A stretch of DNA of 64,000 nucleotides, from positions 80,789 through 144,788 of the forward strand of contig JAUXSF010000033.1 of NCBI GenBank assembly GCA_030679955.1, read 5' to 3'. The notes beneath the pieces are model-generated. The model made no database searches and had not been told where the DNA came from. It saw nothing but the letters and a program-made list of their open reading frames with translations. Source of the DNA: Chlamydiales bacterium. Lineage in GTDB: Bacteria > Chlamydiota > Chlamydiia > Chlamydiales > JAJFMA01. The translations under genes were made by a program, and so were the position numbers. This document shows, one piece after another, positions 36,850 to 45,999 of this stretch (its first letter is position 1; every line of letters starts with the position of its first letter).

Positions 36850-37734
36850 TTAGCGGAACGTTAGCACTAGTCCTTCGATCAATAGGGTCCAACCATCCAA
36901 CATCACCAGCAAGAAGAGCTTTAGCGGCATAGATATTGTAACGGGTGAAAGCATCATCATACCCATCGCCAGCAGGATGTTGGACGTCACAAGGTCGATA
37001 ACGAAGAAGGGTATGTAGATCAGTACTCCGATCTCGAAGGCATCCTTAAGCTGTCCCGTGATGTACGCGGGTACGAGGATGATAAAGTCTTCGGGGGACA
37101 GACTTTCTTTATGTATTTCTGGCAGAATGCGGTATGCCATACGGTAGAACAGCACTTGGTGTTTCACTGCAGAGTTACGCTTCAAGAACAGGCGAAGGGG
37201 TTCTCTGGTCTTTTCTGCGATATTGAGGACGTAGGCAGATGATTCGGTCTGGAAAAGGGATTCAGGAGCCGTCGATTCGTTAACAGCTTCCTGGCCAGCC
37301 TCATACATCAGTAGTACTGTTGGATACATAATGTACATGGTGAGCATGAAGGCGACGCCGTTGATGATCTGGTTTGGCGGTGCTTGCTGCACACCAAGGG
37401 CACTTCGAAGCAGTGAGAGAACTACGACGATCTTCAAGAACGATGTCAGCAACATGACGATAAAAGGCAGCAGAGCCATCAAGGATAGCGCAACCGCTTG
37501 CGTAATCAAGCTGGGGTGGTATGGTGCTTCAAATGGTGTTGATTCGATGATCTGAGCCCCAGTAGGATCCAGACTACGTTTCAGTTTAGCGTCGGCGTCT
37601 TCCTTCTGAGTTTTCTTGGCGTCTTTGACTTGTGCTTGTGGATATAGGTCGCTAGGAACGAACCACAAGACGACAAAAGCCAACGTTAGGCTGAGAATGA
37701 ATCGCAGTGAAAAGACCCTGTTGAGGTATGGCAT
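36850..37734 (-). CDS. sctR: type III secretion export apparatus protein SctR (CdsR/YscR)
   Basis: 294 aa with an N-terminal extension as in chlamydial CdsR. Contains FLKIVVVLSLLRSALG and the GMMMLSP.....PLKL FliP/SctR motifs. Confidence 0.9.
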   Translation of the reverse strand: MPYLNRVFSLRFILSLTLAFVVLWFVPSDLYPQAQVKDAKKTQKEDADAKLKRSLDPTGAQIIESTPFEAPYHPSLITQAVALSLMALLPFIVMLLTSFLKIVVVLSLLRSALGVQQAPPNQIINGVAFMLTMYIMYPTVLLMYEAGQEAVNESTAPESLFQTESSAYVLNIAEKTREPLRLFLKRNSAVKHQVLFYRMAYRILPEIHKESLSPEDFIILVPAYITGQLKDAFEIGVLIYIPFFVIDLVTSNILLAMGMMMLSPVTISMPLKLFLLVMLDGWTLLIEGLVLTFR

Positions 37735-37745
37735 AACTGATAATC

Positions 37746-38375
37746 CTAGGTCATCATAGATTTAAAAGCCTGTTCCAGTATTTCCCATTGCTTATCGAGC
37801 TGAGCGTTGATAATCCCTGCTTCTGTCTCGATGATGCAGCCTCCTGGCTTTACATCGTCGTTAGCTCGGATAGATAAGGACTCAAGTTTCTCAAACACGG
37901 CGAAGAGGTCTGCTCGGTGTTTCTCAACGTTTTGGAGGTCCTTAGGGCATACATGAACGATTACTTGCTTGCTTTGTTTCACGGACTTTAACTTGCTAGC
38001 GACGATATCTACGATAGCTGTTTCGGACAGTTCGATTTCACGTCCTACAATCTTCTTAGCAGCCTTTAGGGCCACAGGGATAATCATCTTCTCTGTAGCT
38101 TTGTTAACATTAGCCATCTCGGCTTCGAGCTCAGCCATATGTCCAGCCCATTGAGCGAAGCCCTCTTGAAAGCCTTCTTGTTGAGCCTGCACCTTCAGTT
38201 TTTCACATTCGATGGCTACTTCTTCTTTGTATTGGTCAACTTCTTTGTAGGCGCGCTCGAGGACCTGGGCAGCTGTTATTGCTTCAGAAAATTCTTTCCT
38301 GGGAATGACTTTGGCATTTGGAGCTGCATGAACGCTGGCTCCTGAAAGTAGTGTGAAGAACTTTTTCTTTCCCAC
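37746..38375 (-). CDS. sctL: type III secretion stator protein SctL (CdsL/YscL, FliH-like)
   Basis: 209 aa. Charged coiled-coil N-terminal half with a FliH-like C-terminal half. Sits between the CT560-like gene and sctR, as in Chlamydia. GTG start. Confidence 0.75.
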   Translation of the reverse strand: MGKKKFFTLLSGASVHAAPNAKVIPRKEFSEAITAAQVLERAYKEVDQYKEEVAIECEKLKVQAQQEGFQEGFAQWAGHMAELEAEMANVNKATEKMIIPVALKAAKKIVGREIELSETAIVDIVASKLKSVKQSKQVIVHVCPKDLQNVEKHRADLFAVFEKLESLSIRANDDVKPGGCIIETEAGIINAQLDKQWEILEQAFKSMMT

Positions 38376-38378
38376 GTA

Positions 38379-39239
38379 TTACTCGTTTTTACTAAAATAA
38401 TTAATCAGACCGATCACTTGTCTTCTGAGCTCGTTGGCGACATTGTCCAGTGGCTGTGTGTTGCAGTTTTGCTCGATAATGCCAGCTCGTCCTGTATCCA
38501 AAGTATGTAGAATGTACCAGAGAAGGTCTTTGTTTTGTCCTGAAAGCGCTCTTCCTAGACGAATAAGGCCGCGTAGGTGGATTTGCTGTCGTAGCTTTGC
38601 CGCATCACCGCCCCATTGTTTAAGATCGAGGCGCGGAACGGTCAGCTTTTCGCGTTCTTTATAGAGGTAGAAATCCAGGAATTTGCGTTCTTCGTCAGTC
38701 AAGCACTTCAGGATAGTCTCTTGATGTGTTTTGTGAACCACGAGGCGAATTTCTTGAGCCAGGTCTCGAATACCCAACAGGTCAATTAGACGTTGTAGTT
38801 GTGTCTTGGAGTATCCAGCTAACGGATTTAGTAGGGAGGATGGAAGGTAGGCAGGGGGTAGACGTTCCTGCGGGCTTATCTGCTTAAAGAGTCCATCCAA
38901 AAGATACTGTCGCAATGGTGGTACTGGTTTTGCCGATGGCATAGGAAGCTTAAGTAAACGGCAAATCCCTTGCGTTTGGGGCAATGATAACGCGGCTATC
39001 GTTGGAGCCTGTAGAGCCTTTGGAAGTTTTTGAACGCTTGGTGCTAACCACGAATAGTGGATGGCCGATACGCGTTCGAAGGGCTGTGCGAGCAGGGGCG
39101 TAGGATCAGCAGCGGCGATGTCGGTCTGCTTCAGATTGTCTTGATATTTGGAGGGGAGTGAACGGATGAGCTCTTCCGACGAAGCGCCGTAATAGCGATT
39201 GAGTAGCACCCGAAACATCATCCAGCTTTTTGGTTCCAT
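38379..39239 (-). CDS. T3SS-associated hypothetical protein (positional equivalent of C. trachomatis CT560; possible SctK-like)
   Basis: 286 aa. Lies between sctJ and sctL, with a 3-nt gap to sctL. Only the synteny argument supports the call. Confidence 0.5.
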   Translation of the reverse strand: MEPKSWMMFRVLLNRYYGASSEELIRSLPSKYQDNLKQTDIAAADPTPLLAQPFERVSAIHYSWLAPSVQKLPKALQAPTIAALSLPQTQGICRLLKLPMPSAKPVPPLRQYLLDGLFKQISPQERLPPAYLPSSLLNPLAGYSKTQLQRLIDLLGIRDLAQEIRLVVHKTHQETILKCLTDEERKFLDFYLYKEREKLTVPRLDLKQWGGDAAKLRQQIHLRGLIRLGRALSGQNKDLLWYILHTLDTGRAGIIEQNCNTQPLDNVANELRRQVIGLINYFSKNE

Positions 39240-39275
39240 TTTTCCTCTTTAGGCGTCGTAAGAAGCTGTCAGGTG

Positions 39276-40271
39276 CTATTCCTCGTCATCGTCGTCGTCA
39301 TCATCATCGTCATCCTTTTTCTTTTCTTTCTTAGCTTTCTCTTCTGCGGCAGCTGGCGGAGGTTCCTCTTTCTTGGTTAAAGATGCCACGTCAATGCGCT
39401 TTAGGGATATGAGACGCGCATTAGGGCCAGCAGCGTGTAAGATGGGTAGCACCTTCCACAATAGCAGTAGGAACAGAGTTAGAAGTACAAGAATAGAGAC
39501 GAAAAAGGAAAAGAAAATGACACGGAAGCGTGTGACAGATTCCTTAGCCAGAATGATGGTCCACACAGATACGAGGGGTTTATCACCACTGCGCATACTA
39601 TCGTCGCCTCGGCCACCTGTAACAGGAGCATCGCGGTAGCGGGCTAAGTCTGGGACTACGGTTACGTTATCGAAGTTTAGCTCAGGCACAGCACCAGCTA
39701 CAAGCCATTTGATACTGGAAATAAGGTGGCTATTAGGGTCACTAAGCACGCCAGTATGCTTGACGTAGACGGAAGCTGTCACTTGCCCCTTCTTAGCATT
39801 AGGGTTCAGAACGTCCTCTTTCGGAAAGGATAGCTGCACTTCAGCGTCGATGACACCATCCATCTTACGTATGATACTTGCAATTTGTTCTGCTAGGCCA
39901 GACTGATAGCGAATCTGTTGTTGTATTTCGGAGGGTACGAGGCCTGATTCTTTAAAGAGGTCTAGCAAATTCTGTCCTTGGCGTCGTGGTAGGCCAGCTT
40001 GGCTCAATATGGACATCGCCTCACTGCGCTTGGCTTCGGGTACAGAGATGTTCCACTTCGCTGCTCCACCGCCTCCACCAGCACCTTCTGCTGCGGCTGC
40101 TTCCTTAGTTGCATCGATTCCACGGCCTTCTAAGAATACCAGAATTTCATTGGCTTCACGTTCATCTAGATCGTGAGCGATGATTTCTTGGCCCGCGCAG
40201 CCAACCAGAAGAAATAGCATCATAGAAAAGAGACCAAAAATCGACAGAAGTCGAGCAACAGAGTTTCTCAT
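39276..40271 (-). CDS. sctJ: type III secretion inner-membrane ring lipoprotein SctJ (CdsJ/YscJ) with a poly-acidic C-terminal tail
   Basis: Start set at ATG 40271, giving MRNSVARLLSIFGLFSMMLFLLVGCAGQ with a lipobox. Contains the YscJ/FliF-type motifs LDEREANEILVFL and AEQIASIIRKMDGV, and a C-terminal TM. The tail is EEKAKKEKKKDDDDDDDDDDEE. Confidence 0.85.
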   Translation of the reverse strand: MRNSVARLLSIFGLFSMMLFLLVGCAGQEIIAHDLDEREANEILVFLEGRGIDATKEAAAAEGAGGGGGAAKWNISVPEAKRSEAMSILSQAGLPRRQGQNLLDLFKESGLVPSEIQQQIRYQSGLAEQIASIIRKMDGVIDAEVQLSFPKEDVLNPNAKKGQVTASVYVKHTGVLSDPNSHLISSIKWLVAGAVPELNFDNVTVVPDLARYRDAPVTGGRGDDSMRSGDKPLVSVWTIILAKESVTRFRVIFFSFFVSILVLLTLFLLLLWKVLPILHAAGPNARLISLKRIDVASLTKKEEPPPAAAEEKAKKEKKKDDDDDDDDDDEE

Positions 40272-40350
40272 AACGTTAAGTACCATATGTGATGAATATG
40301 AACATGACGGTAGCACATTTAGGTCGTTATTGCAAAAGGCCATTTTCTAG

Positions 40351-40416
40351 GACATTTAACGCAAAGGCGCAGAGGCGCGAAGAAACAATGTCATTATTTG
40401 CGTCTTTGCGTTAAAT
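40351..40416. repeat. ACGCAAAGGCGC-family hairpin repeat (copy 3)
   Basis: ttaacgcaaag (40356-40366) pairs perfectly with ctttgcgttaa (40404-40414). The core acgcaaaggcgc is at 40359-40370. Lies between the HEAT-like gene and sctJ. Confidence 0.75.
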
Positions 40417-41397
40417 GCCTTTCCACGACCTTGCAATGGCTTTAATATCGAGATGTAAGGTGTGAAGGTCATCGCGTTTGTCTAGCTCGACAAAGCGTTC
40501 ACGGTCAGTAGGGTCCACTAGACCTTCACAGCATAACACGAGATATGCGGCTAGGTTCTGATGGCGGCATACCGCTGGATCTTGTAGCTGCTCCAGTGCG
40601 ATTTTGGCAACTTCTTCATCGGGCACAAAGTGAGTAAGAGCTCTAGCTGCCTGTTCATTATCATGGACCATCGGGCGTAGGGTTAACACGCGTATTAAGA
40701 ACTGCTTAGCTTTAGGACCAATTTCAACCAGAGCATGAATCACGGCTTCTTCATGGTCGAAATCGCCAGAATTACTAGCTTCAAAAAGTGCTGGAATGGC
40801 TTTGGGATCTTTAAGCATTCCCAATGCCTTGATCGCTAGCGACGGAGCAAGGCCATATCCAGGAAATAGCGGATCATAGAACTCTTTTGCAGAAGCTAAT
40901 TGGATAAGGCTTGGAATAATGCCAGGGCCTTCAGCAACAATGGCATCGATCTCCTCTTCTGAATCGAGATCTTCGCTAAGAATTAGAGCAGCAATAAGCC
41001 TAGGGTGTAGGCTTTCGGGGGAATCGAATTCACAGATATCTCTAAGCGTTTTATAAATATCGCGTGATCGGCCAACTCTTTCAGCATCCGCACCGCTAAG
41101 CAGCATTGCTGCTAGGTCTTGACCAGTTGCAAGTTCTAGACGGTTAAGTTCTTCTGCACGAGGAATGCTGATGTCTTCTTGGATCCCTTTTCCTTCGCGG
41201 CGGTAATATTCGAGCATAATATCGAAGGAACCACCAAAGTGCACATCGCGGTGCATGAGGATGGCAACATCTTCGGCATCGGCCAATTCGAATCCTTCCT
41301 CGGAAAGATCGGCATGAACTTCTTCTTCTTTGTCTTCGGATGGGGAGCCAAACACTTGGCGCATCATATCCTGAAAGGATTTTGTTTCGTCGTCCAT
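40411..41397 (-). CDS. HEAT-like repeat protein (hypothetical)
   Basis: About 328 aa from ATG 41397, 1 nt after the lipA stop. Repeated helical motifs ALGMLKDPKAIPALFEA, HALVEIGPKAKQFLIRVL and LEQLQDPAV. Acidic N-terminus. Confidence 0.4.
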   Translation of the reverse strand: MDDETKSFQDMMRQVFGSPSEDKEEEVHADLSEEGFELADAEDVAILMHRDVHFGGSFDIMLEYYRREGKGIQEDISIPRAEELNRLELATGQDLAAMLLSGADAERVGRSRDIYKTLRDICEFDSPESLHPRLIAALILSEDLDSEEEIDAIVAEGPGIIPSLIQLASAKEFYDPLFPGYGLAPSLAIKALGMLKDPKAIPALFEASNSGDFDHEEAVIHALVEIGPKAKQFLIRVLTLRPMVHDNEQAARALTHFVPDEEVAKIALEQLQDPAVCRHQNLAAYLVLCCEGLVDPTDRERFVELDKRDDLHTLHLDIKAIARSWKGI

Positions 41398-41398
41398 A

Positions 41399-42385
41399 TT
41401 ACACACTATTGATTGTTTGAATATCGCCATTGGCTTTCTGAATAACCAGGTTGGCATTATAGCTAGAGCGCACAAAAGGCCCGCAGTACATAGTTTTAAT
41501 ACCTATTGAAAGTCCATAGGCCTCGTATTGTGTGAACTGATCGGGTGTTACAAAAGATTGCAGACGCAGCTTGGTGCGGCCTGCCTGTAGGTATTGGCCC
41601 ATGGTTACAATATCGCATCCAGCATTGTACAGATCGTGCAGCGTTTCATGAACCTGCTCTTGCGTTTCGCCAAGGCCAACCATGATACCCGATTTTACGT
41701 ATAAGCTGCCACCATTGTCTTTAGCGTGCCTTAGTAACGATAAGGTTCGCTCATAGGTCGCTTTGTGGCGAACTCGGGGAGTCAGCTCTCTAACTGTTTC
41801 GATGTTGTGGTTGAATATCTCAGGCTTGGACGCTAGCATAGCGTCCCAGGAGCTGTGTTTGCCATCGAAATCGGATGTCAGAAGCTCCACCGTAACATCA
41901 GGAACTGTTTTACGTATTGCGTCAACGACGTGGCAAAGGTGTTCTGCACCGCCATCGGCAAGGTCATCGCGTGCTACCATGGTGATGACGACGTGCTTAA
42001 GCTCCAGCTGAAGCACCGAATCTGCAACACGTTGTGGCTCATCTGGGGATAGAGGTTCTGGTGTCTTGGAAAAATCAATGCTACAAAAGCCACAGCTGCG
42101 GGTGCATTCCTTACCCATTACCAAGAAGGTGGCTGTCTTTCGTGAATAGCACTCCAGTAGGTTGGGACACTTGGCTTCCTCGCAGACAGTATGTAGGCGA
42201 TTTTCGCGAAGAATTTTGTTTGTGGCAAGCAGTTCGCTACCTTTTGGCAATGGCCTGTGAAGCCAAGAGGGAAAGCGTCCGGGTCCTACAGCATCCTCGG
42301 GATCAGCCTTTTCAGGGTTTTCAGGTAGGCGATTTAGGCGCTGCTTGACTTGCGGCGTAGTATCAAACTGATCTTTGGTGTGCAT
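41399..42385 (-). CDS. lipA: lipoyl synthase
   Basis: 328 aa. CEEAKCPNLLEC and the radical-SAM motif CTRSCGFC. Confidence 0.95.
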   Translation of the reverse strand: MHTKDQFDTTPQVKQRLNRLPENPEKADPEDAVGPGRFPSWLHRPLPKGSELLATNKILRENRLHTVCEEAKCPNLLECYSRKTATFLVMGKECTRSCGFCSIDFSKTPEPLSPDEPQRVADSVLQLELKHVVITMVARDDLADGGAEHLCHVVDAIRKTVPDVTVELLTSDFDGKHSSWDAMLASKPEIFNHNIETVRELTPRVRHKATYERTLSLLRHAKDNGGSLYVKSGIMVGLGETQEQVHETLHDLYNAGCDIVTMGQYLQAGRTKLRLQSFVTPDQFTQYEAYGLSIGIKTMYCGPFVRSSYNANLVIQKANGDIQTINSV

Positions 42386-42386
42386 T

Positions 42387-43808
42387 CTAACCCTTTGTAA
42401 AAGCCATGCCCCGTTTGGGAGGCAGGTGTAGGGGTGTCTCTCCTGCTATCATAGCGGCTTCTAGCCACGCTTCTGCAATAGTAGGGTGAGCGTGGATGGT
42501 ATCGGTTAGACATTCTACAGTGAGTTCATTAGCAATGGCAACACCCATTTCAGCTACTAATGTCGCTGCCTCATATCCCACCACTTGAGCGCCTAGGATT
42601 TGACCGGTCGACCGATCAGTAACGATCTGTGCGAAGCCTTCTATATCGTCTGTAGCTAGCGACTTGCCAAGAAACTGAAAAGGGAATGAGCCTACAGTTG
42701 CTTTATAACCATCTTCGATTGCCTGCTCGAGTGTCAAACCAACAGTACCGATTTCCGGTTCGGTAAAAATGACAGCTGGAACAGCATTGTAGTGCATGCG
42801 TGCTGGTTTACCTACAGCATTGCTAGCAGCAACTAGCCCTTGATGGGAGGCTACATGAGCCAACCACCAGTTACGGGTGATGTCTCCGATGGCATAGATG
42901 TGTTTTACGTTGGTACGCATGTCATCTGTGGTAGGAATTTCGCCATCTTTGTTTACAACTACACCAGCTTTCTCTAGCCCAATGTCGCGCGTGTTGCGTG
43001 AACGACCGATAGCCACCAAGGCCATATCGGCCTCAAAATTTCGTGGACCGCAATTGACCGTTACACCTTTGTCCGTAACGTCTATTTTCTGAACGGCGAC
43101 GCTTGTTTCAATTTTGATGCCTTTGTGTTCAAAGGCCTTCTTCAATGTGTTACGAACGCTGACAGCCTGCTGGAACAAGATATCCTCTAGTGCTTCTAGA
43201 ATCGTCACTTCAATTCCTAGGGAGCGGTAAAGCGATGCAAACTCGCAGCCGATGACCCCTCCGCCAACAATCACCAAACTTTTTGGTAGTTCAGTGAGCT
43301 CTAGCATTGATGTCGAGCTGTGGATGCGCTTGTTGTCGAATGGAAAGGCTGCGATGTCTTTGGGTTCAGAACCAGTAGCAATGATGATCGATTCGCCAGA
43401 CACGAGGCAATTGTCTTTACCGATGACCTTAAGCTGTTTAGGAGAGGTAAAGCGCCCGTAACCCCGGATGATGGTAATTTTGTTAGCGGTAATTAACTGC
43501 TCTAAGCTCTTGCGCACTTGTAAGACAATGCGGTCTTTACGGCTATTCATTTTACCATAATCGAAGGCAACTCCAGTGACAGTAATGCCGAACTCTTCAG
43601 CCTTGCGTATTTTATTCAGCACATCGCCGTTGGCAATCAGTACTTTAGTAGGTATGCAACCTCGATTAAGGCAGGTGCCCCCTAGCTGATTCGCCTCAAT
43701 AAGCGCCACAGACTTACCTGATTGAGCAGCGCGTATTGCTGCTGGGTAGCCTCCAGGGCCTCCGCCTAATACAACTACGTCAAATCTACGTTCTTCTAGT
43801 TCAGACAT
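42387..43808 (-). CDS. lpdA: dihydrolipoyl dehydrogenase (E3)
   Basis: VVVLGGGPGGY FAD motif, redox-active GGTCLNRGCIPTK, C-terminal HAHPTIAEA. The start at ATG 43808 is preceded by GGAGG. Confidence 0.95.
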   Translation of the reverse strand: MSELEERRFDVVVLGGGPGGYPAAIRAAQSGKSVALIEANQLGGTCLNRGCIPTKVLIANGDVLNKIRKAEEFGITVTGVAFDYGKMNSRKDRIVLQVRKSLEQLITANKITIIRGYGRFTSPKQLKVIGKDNCLVSGESIIIATGSEPKDIAAFPFDNKRIHSSTSMLELTELPKSLVIVGGGVIGCEFASLYRSLGIEVTILEALEDILFQQAVSVRNTLKKAFEHKGIKIETSVAVQKIDVTDKGVTVNCGPRNFEADMALVAIGRSRNTRDIGLEKAGVVVNKDGEIPTTDDMRTNVKHIYAIGDITRNWWLAHVASHQGLVAASNAVGKPARMHYNAVPAVIFTEPEIGTVGLTLEQAIEDGYKATVGSFPFQFLGKSLATDDIEGFAQIVTDRSTGQILGAQVVGYEAATLVAEMGVAIANELTVECLTDTIHAHPTIAEAWLEAAMIAGETPLHLPPKRGMAFTKG

Positions 43809-43865
43809 GCTGCCTCCTCTGTCTCTGCGTCGCATCATATTCTTGGAAGAGATTTAACGCAAAAA

Positions 43866-44549
43866 TCAATCGCATTTACGATTTGCGAAGGGGTTAAAGC
43901 GAAAGCCGAAGTTTCCACGGCAGCGCCATCCGAGATAGAAACGACTTTCGCGTGTGTTCGACCACACGATGCGCGATGAAATAAAAGGCTTACCGCCATG
44001 TAGAGCCATGTATAGGGAATTGCCTTTGCCAGCAAACACCGTTGTTGCTTCGGGTCGATAGACAAGTGCTTCCTTGCAACAAGGCGTAAGACGTAACAGT
44101 GTGAATTCAGAGTTGCAACGATCTGCGCTACCAATGACATAGAAACAGAAGTTATGGCATGGGTTGCGCCAACTCCAAGCGGCCGCTTTGTAAAGTCCCG
44201 GCCGGCAGCTCCTTCTGAAGTTAGCTGTCGGTTCTTCGCCAAAGATGCCGTCGTCGTCATTACCAAAGAATGCCCATGTTATCCAATGCCCAACATCCCA
44301 AGGATAGATTAGGCAGCGGTGTCTGGGAACGATGTTGTAGAGCCAGTGTGAAAGGGCGTCCTGTCGCCGTTCCTCCACGCATGGATCGCAGGTTTCCGGC
44401 ATAATCAGGCATGTTGTCGGGCAGCGGTAGCAGCAGCTACTAAGCGGCACCAGCAAAAGCAGCACAAAAAATATGCTGCGAGGCACAAATGTAGCTTGAA
44501 AGAAATCCACTATATAAGACATAGATGTAATGCTATATTGATATATCAA
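43866..44549 (-). CDS. hypothetical Cys-rich membrane/secreted protein
   Basis: 227-aa ORF; start uncertain, with an alternative Met at 44522. Hydrophobic segment IFFVLLLLVPLSSCC. Trp/Cys-rich, with no motif I recognise. Confidence 0.35.
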   Translation of the reverse strand: MIYQYSITSMSYIVDFFQATFVPRSIFFVLLLLVPLSSCCYRCPTTCLIMPETCDPCVEERRQDALSHWLYNIVPRHRCLIYPWDVGHWITWAFFGNDDDGIFGEEPTANFRRSCRPGLYKAAAWSWRNPCHNFCFYVIGSADRCNSEFTLLRLTPCCKEALVYRPEATTVFAGKGNSLYMALHGGKPFISSRIVWSNTRESRFYLGWRCRGNFGFRFNPFANRKCD

Positions 44550-44559
44550 GTGACTATTT

Positions 44560-45036
44560 ATGAGTGCAACACCTAAGCGTAAACTTTGCTGGAATTGTGA
44601 CGGAAGCGTTCCTTTGGCTGTAGATCAATGCACCTATTGTGGAGCTAGCCTCAGAGAAGGGGCTTCTCCGCAACCGGTGAAGAAAGTTAGAGACGACCTA
44701 GCGCCTCCCTATGCCATGCATGGTGGGCAGCGTGATTCTTCAGATATTCCTCAGCCACCTTTTAATGTGCTGCAAAAAGAAGCAGCAAAGCCTGTGGAAG
44801 AGGAAGAAGCTACCGAAGAAACCACAGCTGGCGCCAATAAGGAGTTATCTCCTTTGATGTTTCTGCTTGGTGGATCTGTTTTTTTCCTGTTTGGCTTGGT
44901 ACTGAAGCTATTTTCTCAAAACGGCGAATTTACACTACAGTGGAGCAGTGACTACTGGTATGTTTATCTTTTTGGCGGTATTGCCCTTCTTATTTTTGGA
45001 TGCAGAAGCCTCAAGTATGTCGAAGATAGTGACTGA
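44560..45036 (+). CDS. zinc-ribbon membrane protein (hypothetical)
   Basis: 158 aa. N-terminal CWNCDG..(10)..CTYCG zinc ribbon, an acidic linker, then two C-terminal TM helices. Confidence 0.5.
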   Translation: MSATPKRKLCWNCDGSVPLAVDQCTYCGASLREGASPQPVKKVRDDLAPPYAMHGGQRDSSDIPQPPFNVLQKEAAKPVEEEEATEETTAGANKELSPLMFLLGGSVFFLFGLVLKLFSQNGEFTLQWSSDYWYVYLFGGIALLIFGCRSLKYVEDSD

Positions 45037-45046
45037 GGAAACGAAA

Positions 45047-45928
45047 ATGACACAAGTGATCACACATCGAGGCCTTAGGCCATCTCAATCTGACTTCTTC
45101 AGCGAAAGCTCTGTCGAAGCATTTGAAGCATTTTTGCAACGCGGTTGGGGCTTGGAGTTTGATCCAGCCTTTGCTACAGATGGCATTGCGGTTACGCATG
45201 ACACCACACTGACCAGGCTGACAAACGGTCACGACAAGCGCTATGTCAAAGACGTATCACTGCATGATTTGCTAACCATTCCATTAAAAAATGGCCGGCT
45301 ATGTACGTTGGACGAACTATTAGATCTAATAGTGCGTTATGGTGTGGGCAACAACGCTCTTCATTTTAAGGGCGGTTATCAGAATCCAGAAAACACAGAG
45401 CGATTAATAGAGGTGCTAAAGGATCATCCTAAAGCCCTGGAGTTGCTTTTTGTGTTCGACGCAACGCCACAGATAGCTAAACAGCTAAAAGCTGCCTTGC
45501 CAACTCTTAAAATTGGAGCATCGGTAGCGCATCCGTATGATATTCAGCGCTATCAAAAATGCGTTTATGGCACCCTGCTGACGCTAGATGAAGCCATAGC
45601 TCACAAAGATCTATACTCATGGGTTTGGTTAGACGAATGGGATCTCACCGATTCCGATGGTGGCCCCAAAGATCTGTATAACCGCGATGTTTTCGCTAAA
45701 GCGAAGAAAGCGGGTTTTAAGGTAGCTCTGGTAACACCAGAATTGCACGGAACCTCTCCAGGTCTGCTGGGTGGCGAAGCACACCCCGATGCTAGCGATC
45801 GCGATACATTATTCAATCGTATCGAGCAGATTATTCTTCTGCAACCCGATGCTATTTGCACTGATTATCCAGACGAAGCTGAAACGTTGATTGCTGAAAG
45901 TATTCACAGCATCGCCAAAACGGACTAA
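45047..45928 (+). CDS. glycerophosphodiester phosphodiesterase (GDPD) family protein
   Basis: ITHRG...ESSVEAFEAF...GWGLEFD matches the GDPD HR..E..E.D pattern. The start at ATG 45047 is preceded by GAGGA; the track ORF starts further upstream at 44948. Confidence 0.7.
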   Translation: MTQVITHRGLRPSQSDFFSESSVEAFEAFLQRGWGLEFDPAFATDGIAVTHDTTLTRLTNGHDKRYVKDVSLHDLLTIPLKNGRLCTLDELLDLIVRYGVGNNALHFKGGYQNPENTERLIEVLKDHPKALELLFVFDATPQIAKQLKAALPTLKIGASVAHPYDIQRYQKCVYGTLLTLDEAIAHKDLYSWVWLDEWDLTDSDGGPKDLYNRDVFAKAKKAGFKVALVTPELHGTSPGLLGGEAHPDASDRDTLFNRIEQIILLQPDAICTDYPDEAETLIAESIHSIAKTD

Positions 45929-45999
45929 GTGGACGTAGTGGACTGAGTGGACGTAGTGGACAAGAAAATCACTCGTCCGCTGCGTCCACCCAGTCCACT
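45922..45999. repeat. AGTGGAC word-repeat hairpin between convergent genes
   Basis: taagtggacgtagtggactgagtggacgtagtggac (four direct copies) is followed by the inverted cgtccgctgcgtccacccagtccact. It overlaps both stop codons. Confidence 0.85.

Noticed and set aside
39279-39320. GAT/GAC-rich simple repeat
   Set aside because: It is in frame and encodes the poly-Asp/Glu C-terminal tail of SctJ, so it is not an independent non-coding microsatellite. It is noted under the SctJ finding instead.
41398-41475. 26-codon extension of the HEAT-like ORF into lipA
   Set aside because: It overlaps the lipA 3' end by 77 nt. The ATG at 41397 gives a 1-nt intergenic gap instead.
43835-44266. 143-aa ORF overlapping the 227-aa ORF 43866..44549 on the same strand
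   Set aside because: It is an alternative frame of the same DNA and has low-complexity composition. Only one can be real, and the longer ORF, which has a hydrophobic leader, was kept at low confidence.
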